From positions 1-35,077 of the forward strand of contig JAEEGO010000013.1 of the NCBI GenBank assembly GCA_016280355.1: DNA of 35,077 bases. The letters are read 5' to 3'. This document shows positions 27,199 through 35,077 of the stretch, piece by piece; the stretch's first letter is position 1, and each line of letters starts with the position of its first letter. The position numbers and the translations under genes are program-made. The notes under the pieces are model-generated. The model did not search any database, was not told the origin of the DNA, and saw nothing but the letters and a program-made list of their open reading frames with translations. Origin of the DNA: Lachnospiraceae bacterium (lineage in GTDB: Bacteria > Bacillota > Clostridia > Lachnospirales > Lachnospiraceae).

Positions 27199-28485
27199 TT
27201 ATCCTACCTTTTCAAACAGTCCGCACTCCAGCAGTTTGTCAATCAGAGGTATCAGCATATCCGCCGGTTGTTCTATGATCTCCGATATGGCGATCAGATC
27301 GTTCGTGCCGTCGGCATATGCTATCAGATCCTTAAGCGCCAGCGTCTGCTGGTATGTTTCCTTGGACGACATAGTGGGGACCAGACCTCTTTTTCCAAGC
27401 TGCGGCTCCCCGAGAGTAGTTGTACGATACTTATGGTCATACTCAATGAGCGATATGCACTTTGTCATTACATCATACGACCCCTGCAGTCCTTCGGGCG
27501 AGATCATGTCCAGATTATCCGCACTGGTATGATACTCCGGATATATATGGTACTTGCTCCTGCAGAAGCATACCATCGGTATGTCCACTCCGGGCGCCTG
27601 ATACTGCCTCTCATCAGATCCCCTCTTTATATACGGATATTCATCGCATCCCTTACCCGACATCCTCAGCACATTTCCGAGGACCCTGTCCGCGTATGTA
27701 TCGGCATATCTCGAATGCACTATGCTGTATGTCCTGTCGTCTCCTACACACGTCAGATTGAAGGCTGCCTTCACGTGTTTCTGCAGATGCTTAAGATTGC
27801 GGCTGATATAGGTAATGGCACCTATCGTCTCAGGAGCCAGCACCAGCCTGTACGAATACCTCCTCTTCGGCATATCTGCTATATATCTGGCAAGGGCCGT
27901 CATCAGAGCGGGACCGCTGCATTCGTTATTCGCCATCGAAGGATGGCACGTATATGAGGAAAAGAATATCTCTTCTTCACTCTCTCCCGAGAAAAACATC
28001 TCTCCGTATGTCAGTGATCCGGGCTCGAGCGTGGAGCGTATCACTGCATGATAGTTGCCGTCCTTTAGCTTGCTGAACCGGTCATAAGTCATGGAAAAGC
28101 CCCATCTGGGAGCATAATAGCTCGTGACATACGGAAACACATGCGGCTGATCCTTAAGGTAATACAGATGTTCCTTCAGTTCCTCGAGAGGTATCGTGAC
28201 ATCTGTAGGTACCGAATAACCAAGGACGTGGAGATTTGAATCCTTCATGTCGACGATACGCTCGCCGTCCGGTCCCTCAAGATAAGCTTCATCGCAGTTC
28301 CATTCGTCCGGTACCGTCCAGTCCAGGACTGCTGTCCCGCTTGGCACTTCGTGCATCTGTATCTCTATATCCGGTATGTGGCTCTGCAGTATGCGAAAAG
28401 TCTCTCTTACCGCGTTCCCTGTGATACTCCTGTTCAGAGGGAATATCTCCTCGCAGAGCTCATACATCATCTGTCCTTCTGTCAT
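27199..28485 (-). CDS. DUF4910-family M28 peptidase-like protein with C-terminal HTH
   Basis: RSITG..VR.T, DWTVP.EW, P.VTSYY...WGF, CHPSMANNE.SG, GSDERQY and EYHTS.D. Confidence 0.88.
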   Translation of the reverse strand: MTEGQMMYELCEEIFPLNRSITGNAVRETFRILQSHIPDIEIQMHEVPSGTAVLDWTVPDEWNCDEAYLEGPDGERIVDMKDSNLHVLGYSVPTDVTIPLEELKEHLYYLKDQPHVFPYVTSYYAPRWGFSMTYDRFSKLKDGNYHAVIRSTLEPGSLTYGEMFFSGESEEEIFFSSYTCHPSMANNECSGPALMTALARYIADMPKRRYSYRLVLAPETIGAITYISRNLKHLQKHVKAAFNLTCVGDDRTYSIVHSRYADTYADRVLGNVLRMSGKGCDEYPYIKRGSDERQYQAPGVDIPMVCFCRSKYHIYPEYHTSADNLDMISPEGLQGSYDVMTKCISLIEYDHKYRTTTLGEPQLGKRGLVPTMSSKETYQQTLALKDLIAYADGTNDLIAISEIIEQPADMLIPLIDKLLECGLFEKVG

Positions 28486-28510
28486 ATCTACCGTCTTCTC
28501 CTATCCTGTA

Positions 28511-29284
28511 TCACAGGCTGTATTCGCAGAGCTTACTGCTCTTGTGATAGCGTACGTCATCGGCTATGATATCATACGTCCTGCCCATGTCTATGGTCTT
28601 CATGGGGATCCCGTTTACCTCATATCGTCTGGAGGCTCCCGCTTTTTTGAAATCTTCTTCATAGGGATAAATAGTCACGAAAATATCCGCTCTGAGATCC
28701 CTTACATGCATGCAGTAAGTACGTTCGGAATAATTACCTTCTGCATCGATATACCCTGCCGTAAAGTTCTTCAGATATCTGTAGGGCACACTGATCATTT
28801 CCTCTACATAGTGGACAAAGGTATAGCTGTGCTGGCATTCCACGTCTATGAATACGTTCTTTGTATCATGTTCTCTGCACCATGAGAACGGGCTGTTGGC
28901 TCCAAAGGATGAACGGTTTTCCATGGCGACAAGCTCATCCGCTCCTTTGCCCCATACCGCAAATGAATAGATCGGATGCGCAGTCCTTTTGAAATCGTCT
29001 CTTTTGAGTACTACCTTGCCTATGGATCCGGTCTGGGAAGGAGACTTCCTGATGTCGAAAGTCTTTCCTTTGCAGAAGTCCCAGTTAAATGTGGGGATAA
29101 GGATCGTCCCTTCAGGGCCCACGATATCAATGACCGAGTCTATGAGTACGTTCAGATCTGTATCATCACCATGTTCGATACAGCTGTACAGAAGTTGTTT
29201 CACATCCGATGCGATCCAGACGGAGTCACCTCTTTCCAGACCGAAGTGCTCCGGTATGTCTTTAAGCTTTACATATCCATCCAT
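28511..29284 (-). CDS. AAC(3)/Antibiotic_NAT-family N-acyltransferase
   Basis: G.EGTI.IPTF, R..HP.YSF...G, FG..SPF and T.VH..E. Confidence 0.88.
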   Translation of the reverse strand: MDGYVKLKDIPEHFGLERGDSVWIASDVKQLLYSCIEHGDDTDLNVLIDSVIDIVGPEGTILIPTFNWDFCKGKTFDIRKSPSQTGSIGKVVLKRDDFKRTAHPIYSFAVWGKGADELVAMENRSSFGANSPFSWCREHDTKNVFIDVECQHSYTFVHYVEEMISVPYRYLKNFTAGYIDAEGNYSERTYCMHVRDLRADIFVTIYPYEEDFKKAGASRRYEVNGIPMKTIDMGRTYDIIADDVRYHKSSKLCEYSL

Positions 29285-29294
29285 TTTGAAAAAT

Positions 29295-31138
<1,844 letters not shown>

Positions 31139-31141
31139 TCA

Positions 31142-32029
31142 TTATGTGTTAAGAGCTTCGGCTCCGGCTGAAACTTCAGTGATCTCCTGTGTGATGACCC
31201 GTTGTCTCACACGGTTGTACTCCATCGTAAGATCCCTCGTCATGGAAGCTGCCGCATCGGTAGCTGTCTGCATGGCAAGCATCCTGGAGTTCTGCTCGGC
31301 ACAAAAGCTCTCCAGCAGAGCACTGTATATGTATCCGTTCATGTAGTTCGGAACTACTGCCTCTATGACAGTTTCCGGAGAAGGGCTGAAAATGAACTCT
31401 TCGTTGGTCACTCCTATGGCGAGCATCAGATCCACCTTCTCTACCGATGATACCAGCGGCAGTATCTGGCGCACTCTGATCTCTGTATCAAGTGCCGTCT
31501 TCATCGCTGTATATATGATCCTCAGGTCATCTATACCGCCATTTTCAAATACATCGAGTATCGTACTGCTTATCAGTCTGCCCACATGATGAGTCGGGTT
31601 CTGTGCGGAGTAGTCGAAGTCAGGCTCTATCTTCACACCGTGATTTTCAAAATACTTTCTCCCGGTCTCTCCTATCACAAAGAGTCTGGAATGGCCGCCA
31701 CTCTCTTTCATGAGTCTTTCCGTCTCTTTAACGACGTTCATATTGTAAGCTCCGGCAAGACCCTTGTCTCCGGTGATCAGCAGATAACCGTGAGTCTGTT
31801 CTTCTTCAGGCTTATCTGTCACTCTGAGATAGGGATGGTCAGATTCGGGCATGTGGCGTAAAAGTCTTTCGACCAGATTTTTCAGAGCGCTGAAGTAAGC
31901 GGTGTTCTTCTCCCGGTTCTCCTTGGCATGACGGAGCTTCGTCGTGGAGATCATATACATCGCATTGGTGATCTTCTGTGTGCCCTCTATGCTGTTGATG
32001 CGGTCCTTTATCTCTCTGAGCTGTGCCAA
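31142..32029 (-). CDS. atpG: F1Fo ATP synthase gamma subunit
   Basis: IK.RI.S...T.KIT.AM, DKGLAG.YN, E...RM.AM..ATD and YN..RQ..ITQEI.E. TTG start inside the end of atpA. Confidence 0.97.
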   Translation of the reverse strand: MAQLREIKDRINSIEGTQKITNAMYMISTTKLRHAKENREKNTAYFSALKNLVERLLRHMPESDHPYLRVTDKPEEEQTHGYLLITGDKGLAGAYNMNVVKETERLMKESGGHSRLFVIGETGRKYFENHGVKIEPDFDYSAQNPTHHVGRLISSTILDVFENGGIDDLRIIYTAMKTALDTEIRVRQILPLVSSVEKVDLMLAIGVTNEEFIFSPSPETVIEAVVPNYMNGYIYSALLESFCAEQNSRMLAMQTATDAAASMTRDLTMEYNRVRQRVITQEITEVSAGAEALNT

Positions 32030-33771
32030 TTCTTCTGGAACCTCTGCACCGTCTTTATTATCTTCTTCTTCAGATCATCGGAGAGGACCTTGGTACTCTC
32101 CAGCTCTTTTATAATCTCAGCCTGTTCTATATCAAAGTTGTCCAGCAGTTCCTTTTGGAAGAGTTTCACCTCTTTGGGATCGATCTTTGCAAATATCTTT
32201 TCACTTGCAGCCACAAGTGTGATCACCTGATGCGGCATGCTCATCGGGGTAGCCTGCGGCTGTTTCAGGATCTCCATCAAAGACCTTCCGTTGGCAAGCT
32301 GCGTCTGTGTCGCATCATCCAGATCTGATGAAAACTGAGTGAAGACTTCCATTTCCCTGTACTGTGCCAGATCTATCCTGAATGATCCGGTGGCCTTCTT
32401 CATGGCCTTTGTCTGCGCAGCTCCTCCCACACGCGACACCGACAGACCTACGTTCACGGCAGGCCTCTGGCCTTCTGCAAACAGGTCGCTCTCCAGGAAT
32501 ATCTGACCGTCCGTTATTGAGATCACATTTGTAGGGATATAAGCGGATACATCTCCTGCCTGAGTCTCTATAATGGGCAGTGCGGTGATCGAGCCGCCTC
32601 CCAGCTCATCCGAAAGCCTGCTGGATCTCTCGAGCAGTCTCGAATGAAGATAGAATACATCTCCGGGATATGCCTCTCTGCCGGGCGGTCTTCTTAAAAG
32701 CAGGGATATCTCCCTGTATGCCACCGCATGCTTCGACAGATCATCATATACTATGAGTACATCTTTCCCTTTATGCATGAAGTATTCCGCCAGTGCCGTA
32801 CCTGCATACGGTGCAAGATACTGCAGCGGAGCGGGATCGGATGCAAAGGATCCGACTATGATGGTATAGTCCATGGCCCTGTGTTTTTTCAGGTTTTCTG
32901 AAAGAGCCGCAACCGTAGATGCCTTCTGGCCTATGGAAACGTATACGCAGATGACGTCCTTGCCTCTCTGGTTGATGATGGTATCCGTAGCTATCGTCGT
33001 CTTGCCGGTCTGCCTGTCTCCTATGATCAGCTCTCTCTGTCCCCTTCCGATAGGGAACATGCTGTCTATGGCAAGGATGCCGGTTTCCATGGGTACTGCC
33101 ACGGGCTGTCTGTCAATTATTCCGGGAGCCGGAGACTCTATGGGCATCTGTACGCTATCCTCTATGATGCCTTTGTCGTCTATGGGATCGCCGAGAGAAT
33201 TTACTATCCTCCCAAGCAGACCGTCTCCTGCCGGGATGCCTGCAGCGGCTCCGGTACGTACCGCTTTCTCGCCCTCATATACTTCGTCATCCGTTCCGAA
33301 GAGTATGCATCCTATATTATCTTCTCTGATATCAAGGACCATGCCCCTGACACCGCTTTCGAAGATGACTATCTCTCCGTACTCGACATGTGAAAGTCCT
33401 TCGATACGGGCTATACCGTCACCGCAGAAGATCACATGGCCTATCTCATGACCCTTTGACTCAAAAGTATGGGAATCCGCCGCGTTCTTTATGACGGAGA
33501 TGATGTCTCGCGTTCCGCGGCTTTTGCCGAAATCAAGATCAGCCTCATCCATGATCTCTTTGGCTCTGCCCACAAGACTCCAGTCATACTCGTCGTCCCC
33601 TACCCTCAGTATGAACCCTCCGAGTATGTCTTTATCTTCGATCAGAGTGAGATCAATGTCATCAGACGATACACTGTATCTGTCTGCAAGATATTTTTTG
33701 AAACGTTCTGTCTGCTCTCCGGTCGGTGCCACCACGTAGCGGAGAGAAGCTTTTATCATCGTCTTATTCAT
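32008..33771 (-). CDS. atpA: F1Fo ATP synthase alpha subunit with N-terminally fused delta(C-terminal)-like domain
   Basis: [22 protein letters not shown] and [23 protein letters not shown]. It is 587 aa, with ~85 extra N-terminal residues containing D..ILGGF...VGD..YD.S. Confidence 0.96.
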   Translation of the reverse strand: MNKTMIKASLRYVVAPTGEQTERFKKYLADRYSVSSDDIDLTLIEDKDILGGFILRVGDDEYDWSLVGRAKEIMDEADLDFGKSRGTRDIISVIKNAADSHTFESKGHEIGHVIFCGDGIARIEGLSHVEYGEIVIFESGVRGMVLDIREDNIGCILFGTDDEVYEGEKAVRTGAAAGIPAGDGLLGRIVNSLGDPIDDKGIIEDSVQMPIESPAPGIIDRQPVAVPMETGILAIDSMFPIGRGQRELIIGDRQTGKTTIATDTIINQRGKDVICVYVSIGQKASTVAALSENLKKHRAMDYTIIVGSFASDPAPLQYLAPYAGTALAEYFMHKGKDVLIVYDDLSKHAVAYREISLLLRRPPGREAYPGDVFYLHSRLLERSSRLSDELGGGSITALPIIETQAGDVSAYIPTNVISITDGQIFLESDLFAEGQRPAVNVGLSVSRVGGAAQTKAMKKATGSFRIDLAQYREMEVFTQFSSDLDDATQTQLANGRSLMEILKQPQATPMSMPHQVITLVAASEKIFAKIDPKEVKLFQKELLDNFDIEQAEIIKELESTKVLSDDLKKKIIKTVQRFQKNWHSSER

Positions 33772-34252
33772 TCCGGCTCACATTCGACAGGAACTGGTCG
33801 TACAGCTCGCTGTTTGACTGATCTGACATATTCTGACCCGCAAGTCTTGCCGCCACATCAAACACTACGCGCTCCACTTCCTTATCCCGTGCCACCTCCG
33901 CAGCACTCTTCAGTCTGCCTGCTTCCTCTGTTGCGCTCTTTAATATATCAGCTGCTTCCGCTTCTGCTTTCTTTATGATAGCGTCGCTTTCAGCCTTTGC
34001 CTTTTGAGATGTCTCATCAAGCAATCTGGCCATCTCTTTTTCAGTTGCTTCAAGCTTGGCCTCATATTCCTTTTTGGAACGCAGTGCTTCGTCTGTGACT
34101 CTGTCCGCCGCAACGTAAGTGTTATCGATCTCTTCTTCTCTTTTTTTGATAATGTCATCTACTCTTCCGAAGAGAAATTTCTTCGCAAGGAAAAAGAGTA
34201 TCAGGACATTGATGATCATGAATATGAAATTCACCAGATCAAAACTGAGCAT
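33764..34252 (-). CDS. atpF: F1Fo ATP synthase b subunit
   Basis: N-terminal TM helix (IIN..IL...KKFLF), then R...I and a coiled coil. 162 aa. Confidence 0.94.
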   Translation of the reverse strand: MLSFDLVNFIFMIINVLILFFLAKKFLFGRVDDIIKKREEEIDNTYVAADRVTDEALRSKKEYEAKLEATEKEMARLLDETSQKAKAESDAIIKKAEAEAADILKSATEEAGRLKSAAEVARDKEVERVVFDVAARLAGQNMSDQSNSELYDQFLSNVSRNE

Positions 34253-34281
34253 TATCTATGCCTCCCGTATACAAATATGCC

Positions 34282-34497
<216 letters not shown>

Positions 34498-34527
34498 CTA
34501 TTCCCTCCTCTGTATACTGAATAATTA

Positions 34528-35077
34528 CTACTCTACTGCTTCGTTTATATATAATGATGTCAGGAATACGAATACGTATGCCTGAAGCAGACCGTCAAAA
34601 AGATCAAAGTAAAGGCTCAGTGCTGCCGGCAGGACAACCGGCACAGCCATCTTCACAAGCTCCATGATCACGTATGCAGCCAGCACATTTCCGAAAAGTC
34701 GCATGCACAGTGACAGCGGCTTGATCAGAAGCTCGAGAACGTTCATAGGCGTCATCAGTCCGATGGGCTTAGTAAAGCCCTTGAGCCATCCTCCCACGTG
34801 ATGCTCTCTTATGGCTGCGACCTGCACCAGAACTATGCTCATAAGAGCAAGAGCTATGGTCGTGCGCAGATCCCTCGTAGGCGGTGCCACATCAAAGATG
34901 CCGACTACGTTGGAAACACCGATGAAGATGAGCACGGAAGCCAGATACGGAACATAGCATTTGCATTTTTCATCCATGTTCCCACCGACAAGCTTCTCGA
35001 TCCATACTACAAAAGCCTCTACGGCAAGCTGTCTCTTTCCGGGGTTCTTGACTACGAATCCTCTGGTAAGTATCAGC
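34528..35077 (-). CDS. atpB: F1Fo ATP synthase a subunit (partial, start lies outside the window)
   Basis: The frame is open to the window edge (LILTRGF...PGKRQ..VE). Contains PPT.D, KPLSL.MRLFGN and LQAYVF..LT..YI. Confidence 0.95.
   Translation of the reverse strand, partial: LILTRGFVVKNPGKRQLAVEAFVVWIEKLVGGNMDEKCKCYVPYLASVLIFIGVSNVVGIFDVAPPTRDLRTTIALALMSIVLVQVAAIREHHVGGWLKGFTKPIGLMTPMNVLELLIKPLSLCMRLFGNVLAAYVIMELVKMAVPVVLPAALSLYFDLFDGLLQAYVFVFLTSLYINEAVE

Noticed and set aside
28511-29284. Aminoglycoside resistance gene
   Set aside because: The fold is AAC(3)-like, but the context (DUF4910, MaoC, ACP, no mobile element) points to biosynthetic acyl transfer.

Overview
A gene-dense chromosomal window from a Firmicute. 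Gene content and order look Clostridiales/Lachnospiraceae-like, which is an inference. From left to right: the 5' part of murC (- strand); a complete V/A-type ATPase operon with an Na+-type K ring plus a DUF402 gene; and a - strand operon of GH18/SH3 hydrolase, sua5, rpiB, dCMP deaminase and a secreted SleB-type hydrolase with an Ala-rich repeat tail. Next come a small ORF flanked by two structured RNA elements, two glycosyltransferases and a stand-alone ferredoxin missed by the ORF track. A ChbG-like deacetylase-gdpP-rplI-dnaB-mecA unit diverges from rpsF-ssb-rpsR. The window ends with an H+-type F1Fo operon that runs into an AAC(3)-like acyltransferase/DUF4910/MaoC/ACP/sirtuin block. I found no mobile element, CRISPR array, tRNA or rRNA. 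The most notable observations are: (1) there is no separate atpH, and a delta C-terminal-like domain is fused to the N-terminus of alpha; (2) a ~225-nt multi-branch RNA with its own promoter precedes a 73-aa ORF, which is followed by an 87-nt structure; (3) a putative glycan N-acyl-swapping module is appended to the atp operon; (4) two glycan genes appear to be leaderless, and the rpsF/gdpP gene order is rearranged. All family calls come from motif recognition, not database searches, and the RNA structures were folded by eye.
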